Origin: Octopus sinensis
Taxonomy: Eukaryota
NCBI RefSeq assembly: GCF_006345805.1
Contig: NC_043022.1
Location: 372,001 to 436,000 of the forward strand
Reading direction: 5' to 3'
DNA: 64,000 nt
Shown: positions 12,735 through 24,705 of the stretch, in pieces
Layout of the letters: each line of letters starts with the position of its first letter
Numbering within the stretch: the first letter of the stretch is position 1
Program-made: the position numbers and the translations under genes
Notes under the pieces: model-generated
What the model was told of the DNA's origin: nothing
Seen by the model: only the letters and a program-made list of their open reading frames with translations
Database searches by the model: none

Positions 12735-13575
12735 ATGTTACATTACTCGGTAGTCAAGATAAAACTCTGAGTTTCAGATGCCGAAGTGGAAATCCACAAC
12801 ACCATCTCTTCGGTTATCTGGCTATTTTCCTGCAGAAGTTTCTTAGAGTAAAAATCATTTGATGGGATCGGTATATTTTTCATAGAATAATCTATGTGAT
12901 ATGCGTCCATATTAGATTCTTTTGTTTGTGAGAGTCCTCAACCGATGTTAGGCGATAATCCCAAAAAGGTCGTATTAGCTCTTAGTTGAGAATAACGTCG
13001 TCCGGGAGGTGATTTATTGATAAAATGGTAAGATAACAAAAGAAAGAAAGAGACCTCAATATTATGTAAATAGAGGAAATTTATCTATACAATATGTTAC
13101 ATTACTCGGTAGTCAAGATAAAACTCTGAGTTTCAGATGCCGAAGTGGAAATCCACAACACCATCTCTTCGGTTATCTGGCTATTTCTTTCTTTTGTTAT
13201 CTTACCGTTTTATCAATAAATCACCTCCCGGACGACGTTATTCTCAACTAAGAGCTAATACGACCTTTTTGGGATTATCGCCTAACATCGGTTGAGGACT
13301 CTCACAAACAAAAGAATCTAATATGGACGCATATCACATAGATTATTCTATGAAAAATATACCGATCCCATCAAAGGATTTTTACTCTAAGAAACTTCTG
13401 CAGAAAATAGCCAGATAACCGAAGAGATGGTGTTGTGGATTTCCACTTCGGCATCTGAAACTCAGAGTTTTATCTTGACTACCGAGTAATGTAACATATT
13501 GTATAGATAAATTTCCTCTATTTACATAATATTGAGGTCTCTTTCTTTCTTTTGTTATCTTACCGTTTTATCAAT
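12731..13575. mobile_element. Non-coding Penelope pLTR/retrozyme-like element: ~359-nt unit in tandem and inverted copies, within (TA)n
   Basis: 12731-12824 recurs at 13090-13183. 13184-13575 is the reverse complement of the unit, with its own 36-nt terminal direct repeat. (TA)n lies on both flanks. Confidence 0.85.
13408..13481 (+). ncRNA. Type I hammerhead ribozyme-like motif (also on the minus strand at 12751-12824 and 13110-13183)
   Basis: TAGCCAGATAA-CCGAAGA-[GATG..GTGG/CCAC..CATC]-T-GAAA-CT-CAG-AG-TT-TTATCTTGACTA. Stems I, II and III all pair. The core has U4C plus one extra nucleotide, and the triplet is GUU. Confidence 0.65.
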
Positions 13576-13601
13576 ATATATATATATATATTATATATAT
13601 A

Positions 13602-13643
<42 letters not shown>

Positions 13644-13734
13644 AATAATATGAGGGAATATTATTCCAAACTTACAGGGAAAAATTCAATTTAGAAATAC
13701 TAAATCGAATTTCACAAAATATAATATATATATA

Positions 13735-13951
13735 TATATATAAATTAGAAAAAAACCACCTTTTATCAATTCAATAATGAAAAATTAAAATGTATATATA
13801 CGTTTTACTTATTATTTTCCACATTACTTAATCATCGTTATATGTTTTATCTTATATTTAATCTTTCTATAATATGTAGTTTTCTAGATGGTGTAATTTA
13901 ATTTTTCATTATTGAATTGATAAAAGGTGTTTTTTTCTAATTTATATATAT
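13735..13951. repeat. Inverted repeat (about 55-bp arms) between TA tracts, probable Penelope-like end
   Basis: aaattagaaaaaaaccaccttttatcaattcaataatgaaaaattaaa versus its reverse complement at about 13897-13951. Confidence 0.75.
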
Positions 13952-15937
13952 CATAATTTAAGAGTTGTAAAATATATTGAAATATATTTAGCATAATGCA
14001 AGCATTATCCAACTTAGAAGTGACACATGTTAGGAAGAGATGATGGATATGTTTATTATATCAATAGTAGACACTTTAGGCAGGGCTAAATGGACTTCTT
14101 TCTTACTCACTTTCATTTTCTTCTCCTTTTCTCAGAATTGGTTGTGACATACATATAAGACAGTTTCTTGTAAATGTCAAGGCAATAGGATACTACTTTT
14201 GTATTCTCTCACTCTCTCTCTCTTTCTCTCCCTGTCTCTCTCTCTCTCTCACTCTGTCACACACACACACAAAACAAAAAACAAAAAACATAACATTTAA
14301 TTTTGGAACAGTGGTTCTCAAAGCACATAAAGCTATAAATAATGGTTTTAATCTTTGGCACAAGGCTGGTACTTATTTTGTTGACCCCAAAAGGATGAAA
14401 GGCAAAGTCAACCTCAATGGAATTTGAACTCGGAATGTACAGACAGGGGGATCACTGCTGAGCATTTTGCCTGAAATGCTAACAATTCTGCCATCTTGCT
14501 GCATCACATAAAGCTACAAATATCAGCAAGTAAATATCCCTTAAGCACAGAAAAAGCCAAAGGCTACAGGAAATATGGATTCAGGTCCCACAGACACCCT
14601 TTGAAGTTTTCTATCTAAAAGGATTTTTAAACACAATATTTACTTATTATTTATAGTTTTCCCTCTTTCAAGGAATTATTCCACATTCTCTCAAAGATTT
14701 ATAAAAGAAAAATTTCTAATGGTGTCCACAACATAACAGTCAATCCATTTCAGTAAAGGAGACAACTCAAAGATATTTCAGCCTTATTAGGCCTCCTCAG
14801 CAAAACATACATACTAATATACTTACCAAAGTAGTGACAACAAAACCACTTAGTACATGAGCAACAATATTGTACACTAGAAGCATATCTAACTCTTGAG
14901 TATTTAAACTGGTTATATAAGCCAGATCTGGCCTATCACACCTATCCTACACACCTGTTTCTAAAACTAGACAGTAATAGTATTGAAACCACAAAGCTAC
15001 AAAACAATACATGATTAATTCAAAACAACGTGGACAAATAAGGATTACATTTGACAGAATAATCTGAATTCTAAGCAGTTTGAAGAAATAACTTGTTGAG
15101 CTTTAATTACTTGCAGACGTCTTCATGATGAGAAAACAATAGTTAAGTTGATGTTGATGTATTTAATGTAGAAGTGAGCATTAAATATTTGATTAGAAAT
15201 AATTACCCTGTAAAGAAACTAAGTGGTGTCATGTTGTCTCTGACATGACAAACATCAGGACCTTGCATTTGTTGAGACATACAGTCATTCAATATTTCTC
15301 AAATTCCAGAAAAAAATATTCTGGGTTCCATGAGTGAAGACATTACATTTAATAAAAATTTATTTTATAAAACAAATGCTATTCACAGTGTTACTCTTTT
15401 CAAAATGATAAGATATTGTATTTCATCTTTGTATTTGGTTTGCAAAATTCTTCATATAATTCATGCGTTGAAATATTTTGGTGATCCTTGGGAGGGTCAT
15501 TATACCACTAATAGACATATACACTGGTTCTGTTTCACTTTTTTATAATAACCCTGACATTAACCTTTCCCTGATTATATTTCTGTTGACATCAAAAGTT
15601 TTGGCTCAATTAATTTTGAAAATAATAAAGAATTTTAAAAAATAACTTTGTCATTATTAAGCTGTTGTTTGAAACATAAATTAGTCTGAAATTTCAATGG
15701 AAAGTTTTTAATTAAGAGCATTTTGGAGCAGGGAGTTTGTGTCATAGATCCAGGGGCAGTTTGTGGTGGGTTGATATCAAAGGGGTTAAAATGTGACAGT
15801 AGGTTAGCAAGAGTACTTTAGTCTATCTTGCCTGCTACAGAAAAATCTTTCTATTGTCAGTAACAAGAAAGAAAAACAATTGTGATAAGAAAACAACCCA
15901 GACAAAAATCGTTTAGAAGTTTAACAAATCTTGACAA

Positions 15938-16295
15938 AGGCATGGGCGTGGCTGTGTGGTAAGAACTTTTCTTCTCAACCACATGGTTCCAAGTTCAGTC
16001 CTACTCAAGTGTCTTCAACTATAGCCATGGTCAACCAAAGCCTTGTGAGTAAATTTGGTAGATGGAAACTGAAAGAAGCCCATTACATACATGTGTGTGT
16101 GTGCACGCATTTGTCCCCCACTGCCTGACAACCAGTGTTAGTGTGTTTATGTCTCCCATAACTTAGTGGTTCAGCAAGAGAGACTGATAGAATAGGTACC
16201 AAGCTTTACAAAAATAAGTATTGGGATCAATTCTAAAAATTCAAGGCAGTGCCCCAGCATGACCACAGTCTAATGACCGAAACAAGTAAAAGAGT
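15938..16295 (+). mobile_element. SINE family A copy
   Basis: Similarity to 11691-12090. Confidence 0.8.
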
Positions 16296-16455
16296 GAAGA
16301 TAACCCCCCACTCCCCGGCAAGATTGGTGAATTTCTGTGTTGCCGTTGTGAGTGAGAGTTTGAGAAAGAGAGAGAGAAGAACAACAGGTGACACTTAATC
16401 CAACTGCAATCATAAGTTCAACGGAGAAAAGAAACAAGTGTGAATAAGGCCATAC

Positions 16456-16466
16456 CTTGCTGACAT
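16456..16466 (-). CDS. Candidate 11-nt microexon (ATGTCAGCAAG)
   Basis: Context ctgac-ttatttactcag|ATGTCAGCAAG|gtatgg. Phase 1 in and phase 0 out, bridging 40901 to 10549 in frame. Confidence 0.3.
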
Positions 16467-16873
16467 CTGAGTAAATAAGTCAGTTTAGTATGTGCGGCAG
16501 GTAAATTAAGTAGGTTTGGTGTTGTCAGTGTACAGAAGAAAGTCAGCAAACTATTTATGTCTGACTGACTACTCTAAATAACTGGTGGCAACTAACAAGG
16601 CAAGAGGAACGGATGTGTGTACGGGTGTGTGTTTTAATCTAACTGAAATATCTTGATATGATTTATTATTAACCCAGTCATTACTTAACACGGACAGGAA
16701 TGTCCAAGCTAGAAATAGCCAGGTGTCAAGAAAACAACAACAGTGAGAGAGAAGGACACAAAAAAATAAATACTAAATAACACAAAAGAAAGTAAAAAAA
16801 AGTATTGTTGTATTTTGGGATCATCATTTGTTTTGTTTTGTTTTTTGTCAAATAAATACACACACAAAATAGT

Positions 16874-17118
16874 CATTCTTCTCTCGTTTATTACTGTCCT
16901 TATTTTAACTCGTGTCCATTGTCCGAAAATCTTCTGTCACACATCTGTGACCTCTTCAGCAACACTTTCCATCCTCGTGTGTGCTCCTGCTCTGCTTAGT
17001 CCATTCTGTTCTTCTAGAAGATGGAAGTGTCATTGGAGAGGTCACAGGTAAGTGACGAAAGACTTCCAGACAATGGACGTGAATTAAAGTAAGAACTGTA
17101 ATAAATGAGTGAAGAATG
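16874..17118. mobile_element. Diverged fold-back element with a decayed hammerhead motif in each arm
   Basis: Arms 16874-16973 and 17020-17118 are imperfect reverse complements. Combined consensus is CTGAAGA-G-GTCAC-N6-GTGAC-GAAA. Confidence 0.7.
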
Positions 17119-17257
17119 AATATATAATGCAAGTGTTTGTATGGTAAAAAAGGAAAAACACAACCATCCTGAAATGCAACAACATCTGTTTCAACACAGT
17201 TTCACATCAGGAATCTTGCAACACAAATTCACAACCCATGATAGCATGGAAAGCAGA

Positions 17258-17456
17258 CATCATCATCGTTTAACGTCCACTTTCCATGCTAGCATGGGTT
17301 GTACGATTTGACTGAGGACTGGTGAACCAGATGGCTGCACCTGCCAGATCAAGATTGGAGCCTGGTGCAACCATCTGGTTCGCCAGTCCTCAGTCAAATC
17401 GTCCAACCCATGCTAGCATGGAAAGCAGACGTTAAATGATAATGATGATGATGATG
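17258..17456. mobile_element. Two RTE-type 3' tails joined head-to-head (palindrome)
   Basis: 17258-17341 is the reverse complement of 17364-17445, and both end in (GAT)n. Confidence 0.8.
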
Positions 17457-17604
17457 ACAACATAAGATATATAAAATAAGGAAAAACAAAGGAACTTTAA
17501 TATGGCTCTTCAAAGAGCAGCCAGTTTCCCTCAAATTACATGTCACCATCTTAAAAATGGGGAAGTGACATTAAACAATGAAGTTGTTGGAGACCCTAAA
17601 GTGG

Positions 17605-17840
17605 AGGCATGTGGCTCAGTGATTAGGGTGATTCACTCATGATAGAAAGATTGTGGTTTCAATTCCTGAACAAAATAATTCATTGTGTTCTTGGGCAAAA
17701 CACTTCATTTGACACCACTCTAGTCCACTCCCTGGCAAAAAATGAGTAATCCTGCAACAGACTGGGGTCCTATCTAAGGGTAAAATATATGCAGCACAGA
17801 AACTAGAAAACTGGCCCTAGGAGTCTATAGGACTTGGGAA
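17605..17840 (+). mobile_element. SINE family C copy (tRNA-like head; related copies at 20385-21215 minus, 47157-47380 plus, 55200-55455 minus)
   Basis: Shared ttgtgttcttgagcaaaacacttcatttc...agtccactcagctggc block after A/B-box-like motifs. Confidence 0.75.
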
Positions 17841-18766
17841 AGATCTTTATCCCTTTTTTTCTTTTTTTTAGATACCCTAAAAATAAAGACAAGATGGTCA
17901 AAGCTTGTATGCCTTTGATCAATATGCAAAATAACCCTTAGTCTGTTTTCGAGCAAGGTAATATTCCCCCAGGATCAGACATGTTTTTGCAGAAGATTGG
18001 AAATGAACGACATTCACTTACAACAATCACACAACACCAAAACAACACACATACATATATTTTGCAGTTTCTGTTTACCAAATCCACTCACAAGGCTTTG
18101 GTCAGCCCAAAGCTATAGAAGAATACACTTGCCCAAGATGTCATGCAGTGAGATTGACCTCAGAACTTCTTAACCACGTCAAAAATAAGGTAATGAAAAT
18201 GTTAAGAATGACACTGAGGTTGATACAAAACTAGATAGAAATTTCTTGACTGTGGTGCACTGTTGTCACTGCAATTCAATGACTGTGCAGTCGAAAATAG
18301 AATTAAATGTAATAGTATAAAAGAAAAAGAATTAATCTAAAGATAGACTGAACTACAATACATGACTTCCATGACACATAATAGAAAAGCAAGAATGAAA
18401 CAGATTCTTGTTCCTGGTAACAAGCTTTCTTATTCCGATTACGGCTGAATTGTCAACAAAAGGTTTACAAACAGAAACAAAGTGAGAAAATGTAAACAGG
18501 AAACATGGATAAAATAAATGGATTTAAACTGTGAGAACAGTTCACACGCTACTGTTTCAGGCATAACACTCTTTGTAGTTTGGTGTTTAGAGTTTGTTTG
18601 GTTTACATCCATTTTTCCATGCCAGCATGGGTTAGACTAGTGTTCCTTAAAGTGGGACCTGTGTCTATACTGATGGAGGTGGGGGGGGGGAGCTTCAGAG
18701 TAGCACCAAAGTAACAACTGAATAAAACTTGCAATAAAATCTTTATCAAGTCTCCTTTTGAATATA

Positions 18767-19159
18767 TCTCTCTCTATATATAAAGCTGAAGTTGTCTGTG
18801 TGTGGCAGGTTTGGTAGCCTTCAACTAACACTATCTCCTCCAAGACCCTGCGGCGCAAGTTGACCAAAATTGAGAATATGATAGAAGAAGGCTTGCTCTT
18901 CCTTCCGTAGAAGAAAAAATTCAAATTGGACCATGTTAACACCAAAAGTTATTTACATGAAAAAGGTGCTTTTTTTCTATGAAAATCCCTATTTTTTACA
19001 ATTTTTTGACTGGTGTGTTGCCATTTTTTGGTGTATTTCAACCAGAAAAATGTTCACTCAAAGAGAATAACAAGCTACATAATGCCAAAGTTTTCCTTTT
19101 CAAAATTCCAATTCTAAAGGGTCGAAACAAACCCGAGCAACGCCGGGCAATACTGCTAG
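18767..19159 (+). mobile_element. Non-autonomous Helitron-like element
   Basis: 5' TC(TA)n, subterminal hairpin cccgagcaacgccggg, 3' CTAG followed by T, no TSD. A second copy lies at 49372-49734. Confidence 0.75.
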
Positions 19160-21295
19160 TATATATATATATATATATATATATACACAATCATCATCAT
19201 TGTCCATTAATGTCTGTTTTCCATACTGGCATGGGTTGGACAGTTTGACCAGAGCTGACAAGCTGGAGAACTGTACCAGGCTCCAGTCTGATTTAGCATG
19301 GTTTTCTATTGTTGGATGCCCTTCCTAACGCCAAACCAACTACTTTACAGAGTGCACTGGGTGCTTTTATGTGGCACCAGCTTTTTATGTAACACTGGCA
19401 CAAGACTTTTGCAGGCCAATTCTCTTCAGTGCAAGGTGCTGCTGTAGAGTAAGAGTCTTATTGTCAACATCATCATTTAACATGCTATTATCCATGCTGG
19501 CATGGGTTGGACAGTTTGACAGAAGCTAGCAAAGCTGGGAGCCACACCAGGTTCCACAGTCTGTTTTGGCCTGATTTCTACAGCTGGATGCCCTTCCTAA
19601 CGCCAACCACTTTACAGAGTGTACTGGCTGCTTTTCATGTGGCACCAGCACCAACACAGTTACCTAGTTCCTTGCAAGAAAAAAAAACCTTAAACTGTGA
19701 GTCAAGAGAGTGTTGAAGGGGTGCAGCTTTGTGCCAGTTGATTAAAGATATGGAGGGACAACATACATATATATATATATCAAAGCAGGAAATCAGAAAA
19801 AAGCCCATTGTGCGTGTATATACACATATATACCTATGTATGTAAGTGTGTGTATGTGTTTGTGTGACAGGAAAGGGAGAATTGAAAGAAAAAGAGAGAT
19901 TGAAAGAAATCTCCAAAGTAAACAGAATGAGGCAACAACCATGAGAGAGAGAGAGAGAGAGAGAGAACAAGAAGCAGATAAAACTCTCAGACATTATCTC
20001 GTTTTCCCTCTCTTCTCCACCACTTGGAACCGATCCAATTTCCTACTATTAATTAAGTCAATGAAAACCAGTATTTTGGTACAGTACCAAGTTGGTACTA
20101 AGTTAGTAGAGCAATTAATAATTTATGCTGGTGTAGTAGGTGTGATGGAAGTAGTGATGTAGTAGTGGTGGCGCAGGTGTGATGATGGTGGTGGTGGTGG
20201 CGCAGGTGTGATGATGGTGGTGGTGGCGCTTTTGGTGTTGGTATGGTCTAGTAACACCCAACACCAGATAAGCATGTTTCTTGCCAGTCCAGATGTTCTT
20301 GTCCATACCAAAGCCTTCTGTTTGCTTTGCTGACACATTCGCCATCCATTGCTAGTTTGCCATGCTTGTCACCACTTCACCATCTTACTCATTTCTGCTG
20401 CGTGAATGAGAGCAATGTGAAATGAAATGTTTTGCCCATCAAGAACAAAAAGTATTGCCACATCCAGGAATTGAACCCACAATCCAACAATCTGAGTGGA
20501 AGGGAGCAACACAAAATAAAATGTTTTGCTCAACACAACACATTGTCCCATCCAGGGATCGAACTCACGATCCTATCGTCATGAGTGCAATAATCTAACC
20601 ACTAAACCACACGTCTCCATCGTATGGCATGGTGGTGGTGGTGATGGTAAAGAGAGAAAAATCCTTCCCAAGTCATATAGACACATAGGGCCAGTTTCCT
20701 GGTTGCCATGGTGCATATATATTGCAGGGTGACTTACTTTTGCCAGCTGAGTGGACTGGGGTAGCATGAAGTGAAGTGTTTTGCTCAAGAACACAACACA
20801 CAGCCCAGTCAAGGAATCAAACCCAATATCTAGCTATTGTGGGTGCAACAGCCTAACCGTTTGGCTGAGCAAGCTTCTTACAGTTTCCATCTACCAAATC
20901 TACTCATAAGGTTTTGGTCGGCCTGAGGCTATAGTAGGAGACACTTGCCCAAGGTGCCACGCAGTGGGACTGAACCCAGAACCATGTTCTTAAGTCATGC
21001 CAACTCATAAGGGCTGGTTTCCCAGTTTCATGGCATATAAATTCCCCACCAGGATAGGACGCTGTTCCATCCCGGGGTTACTCATTTCTGCCAGCTGAGT
21101 GGACTGGAGCAATGAGAAATGAAAGGTTTGCTCAAGAACACAATACATTGTCCCATCCAGGAAACGAACTCACAATGTTACATTCATGAGTTCAAAACCC
21201 TAATCACTAAATCATGCATCTCTACCAGTGTACGATAGGTGTATGTGCATGTGTGTGTGTGTGTGTGTAATATATATATATATATATATATATAT

Positions 21296-21997
21296 ACAAG
21301 ATAAGAAAATGGAGAAATACATCAAAATCAAATATCAATTACCAGATAATACTCAATCACATACTTTATTAAACCACCACATAAGAGACTGTAGGGTTAA
21401 ACATAAAAAAGCAGAACAAATCAGTGTATATAAAGGAATGTACATAAAAAAGTGTACATAAGAGTGATGTTGTATAATAAGTAGAATATTTATATTTACT
21501 TATATTTATATTCTCTTTTTTATATATATTCTACTTATTATACAACATTACTCTTTTATGTACACTTTTTTATGTACAGTCCTTTATGTACACTGATTTA
21601 TTCTGCTTTTTATATTTAACCCTACAGTCTCTTATATGGTGGTTTAATAAAGTATGTGATTGAGTATTATCTGGTAATTGATATTTGATTTAGATGTATT
21701 TCTCCATTTTCTTATCTTGTATTAGTAATTTGTGGTAAAACATTTTACCTTTGCCCGTATAATACAGTAAATGAATTGATTACATCGCAATCATTAACAT
21801 TTATGTATTAACTTTGTTGGGTACTTCACTAGCGGTAGATTGGATATATGTTATCCCATGGAGGGTTGCATTTACAACCCCTATCTCAATTTGTATATAT
21901 ATATTGTTTTATTTATATTCCTGAGCGCCATACTAATACAATTGTTTGTTTGTATTCCACCTGCCTTCGTCTTTTGTTCATTTTCATAAAGCTTCCC

Positions 21998-22002
<5 letters not shown>
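21296..22002. mobile_element. Fold-back Penelope-like end within (TA)n
   Basis: Arms about 21296-21489 and 21526-21721 are near-perfect reverse complements. The 3' motif tcctgagcg..ata is shared with 31928. (TA)n on both flanks. Confidence 0.75.
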
Positions 22003-22071
<69 letters not shown>

Positions 22072-22074
<3 letters not shown>

Positions 22075-22410
22075 TTAACGTCCACTTTCCATGCTGGCAT
22101 GGGTTGGATGATTTGACTGAGGACTGGTGAACCAGATGGCTGCACCAGGCTCCAATCTGATCTGGCAGAGATTCTACAGCTGGATGCCCTTCCTAACGCC
22201 AACCACTCCGAGAGTAAAGTGGGTGCTTTTATGTGCCTCTGGCATGAGGACCAGTCAGCTGGTACTGGCAATGGCCACGCTCAAATGGTGCTTTTTATGT
22301 GCCACCGGCACGGAAGCCAGTCAGCTGCTCTGGCAACAATCATGCTCTGATGATGCTCTTAGCAATCCACTAGCACGGATGCCAGTCATGTGGTGCTGTC
22401 ATAGAACTTG
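22072..22410 (-). mobile_element. RTE-tail non-autonomous retroelement containing single copies of the 48-bp unit
   Basis: Reverse complement reads aaaagcaccatttgagcgtggccattgccagtaccagctgactgg...gcatggaaagtggacgttaa. Related pieces lie at 2905-3100, 19195-19680, 27295-27400 and 28075-28220. Confidence 0.75.
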
Positions 22411-22429
22411 ATTTTGATTTCATTTTCAC

Positions 22430-23272
22430 TTGCTTTCCACAGGTTCCCTCAACCGCAAGGGTGTGGCACTTTTTCACACAGCTATCCTCATCCATTCTCA
22501 CTACATGACCATACCAGCGTAATCGTCTCTCTTGCACAACACATCTGATTCTTCTTAGGTCCAACTTTTCTCTCAAGGTACTTACACTCTGTCGACTATG
22601 CACACTGACATTACACATCCAGTGGAGCATACTGGCTTCATTCCTTTGAGCTTACGCATGTCCTCAGCAGTCATGGCCCATGTTTCACTGCCATGTAGCA
22701 TGGCTGTTCGTACACATGCGTGTAATACAGTCTACCTTTTACCCTGAGCGAGAGGCCCTTTTGTCAACAGCAGGGTTAAGAGCTCTCTGAACTTTGCCAA
22801 GGCTATTCTTATTCTAGCAGCAACACTTTCAGAGCACCCACCTCCGCTACTGACTTGGTCACCTAGGTAACGGAAGCTATCAACTACTTCTAGTTTTTCT
22901 CCCTGGAATGTGGCAGAAGTTGTTCTCTGCACATTTTCAGTGTTTATGGCACCTGAGCATTTGCCATATACAAAAACTATCTTCCCAGTTAGCCTTCCAT
23001 TGTGTCCATAGCTTACACTGAGTACATCTTATAGAGTTTCTACCTACGCCTTTTCTACAGAACGGATTTGTGGTTTGTCTGCCTTCCTACTTATTAGGAC
23101 TTTGGTTTTTGCTAGATTGACTCTAATGCCCTTTGATTCTAATCTTTGCTTCCACACCTGAAACTTCTCTAGTTCTGATAGTGACTCGGCAATTAGAGCA
23201 AGGTCATCAGCAAAGAGGAGCCCCCAGGGGCATCCTGTCTTGAATTCCTCTGTTATTGCCTGGAGGACTATG
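22430..23272 (-). mobile_element. RTE-clade LINE fragment (reverse transcriptase C-terminal half), frameshifted
   Basis: Translates to IVLQAITEEFKTGCPWGLLFADDLALIAES, LEVVDSFRYLG, AMLHGSETW and ERRLRWYGHVVRM. Confidence 0.92.
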
Positions 23273-23698
23273 TTAAATAGGAGGAGGCTGTGGACTGAAC
23301 CTTAGCGGAGATGATGATGATATATATATGTGTGTACATGTGTGTGTGTATTTCTGCATGTGTATGTATGTATATATGGTAGTATGCATATTTGTGTGCA
23401 TGTGTGTGTATATGACAGTATGCATGTATGTGTGTGTGTAGTAGTATGGTATTATGGTGGTTGTAGCAACAGTGGCATGGTGGTGATGGTTGTGATATGG
23501 TGTGGGTGTAGTGCTTTTTGCAGTGGTATGGTGGGGTAATGGCAGTGATGGTACTGATGTAACAGAAGTGTTGTGGGGTGGCGGTGGAGGTTGTTTAGAT
23601 ATTCTCTCAAACAGGGCCACCATCATTGATCTCACAACAACAGTCTGTGTGTATGTGTACATATGTATGTGCATGTGTCTATGCATGTGTGTATGTAT

Positions 23699-23742
<44 letters not shown>

Positions 23743-24492
23743 TTGTGTATGTATGTATGTAATGTGTGTGTATGCATGCAGGTATGTTGTGTGTGTGTGT
23801 GAGTGAGTGAGAGACGGAGACAGAGAGCAAGGCTGCATGAATGAGAGAGAAAGAGAACAATGATGTGTGTATGAGAGAAAGGGGGAGACATAGTGAGCAA
23901 GGACGCATGTGTGTGAGAGAGAGAGAGAGAGAGAGATTGAGGATCTGTGAATGAGAAAGCAAGGAAAGAAAGAGTAAGGCTGTGTGTGAGAGAGCCAGGG
24001 GAGAGGTGGTGAGGGCGATGAGGGGTGAAGACAAGTTGTTTGTAAACTCGGTTAAACAGTTCTATTCAAGTCCTAAACACATAAACACGTTGAACAGTTA
24101 ATATTGTGGATGTCTGAATAATGATTGGAAGGAAAATGAGGGGAGAGAAGGAAGTGCTGCCTCGCAGTAAAGTTCATTAAAAGGTGGGTGACTGTAGCAC
24201 AAGTGAACAAGCCTACCCTAAGCATGCACCCCTAAATTAAGAGTAGCTGAAGTGGAGAGGGCACTTACCTTAGAGGACAGGGTGATTATGGTTGTTGCAA
24301 GGTTTCCACAAGCAGCCCTTGGAAGTTTCTCTCTTTTGGGGATTTACTTGGAATAATTTTTATTGTTATTCCCTTTTTATTACACAATTCAATCCCACCC
24401 TTTATGTATTTTATTGTCCTGTGCCATCCCTGGCCCTTTATATATGAACCCTCAGTGGTTAATAAAGAAAGGATTATTATTATTATTATTAT

Positions 24493-24705
24493 TGGCAGAA
24501 TCGTTAACACACCAGGTGAAATGCTTAGCGATATTTTGTCTGTTGCTACCTTCTGAGTTCAAATTCCGCCGGGGCCGACTTTGCCTTTCATCCTTTCGGG
24601 GGTCTATAAATTAAGTACCAGGGAAACACTGGGGTCAATGTAATTGACTAGTCCCCCTCCCCCCAAATTTCAGGCCTAGTGCCTATAGCAGAAAGGATTA
24701 TCATT
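24493..24705 (+). mobile_element. SINE family B copy (Meta/Sauria-like central motif gcctttcatcctttcgggg..taagtaccag) next to (TTA)n
   Basis: A-box-like tggcagaatcg and B-box gagttcaaattc. Many copies occur in the window. Confidence 0.82.

Noticed and set aside
14772-14800. Hammerhead-like CTGAGGA-GGCC-N6-GGCT-GAAATATC on the minus strand
   Set aside because: The core and stem II fit but stem I does not pair; at best a decayed relic.
20240-20370. ORF MANVSAKQTEGFGMDK as an exon
   Set aside because: No convincing splice sites; it resembles a decayed RTE C-terminus (QWM..V...WT...LDW).
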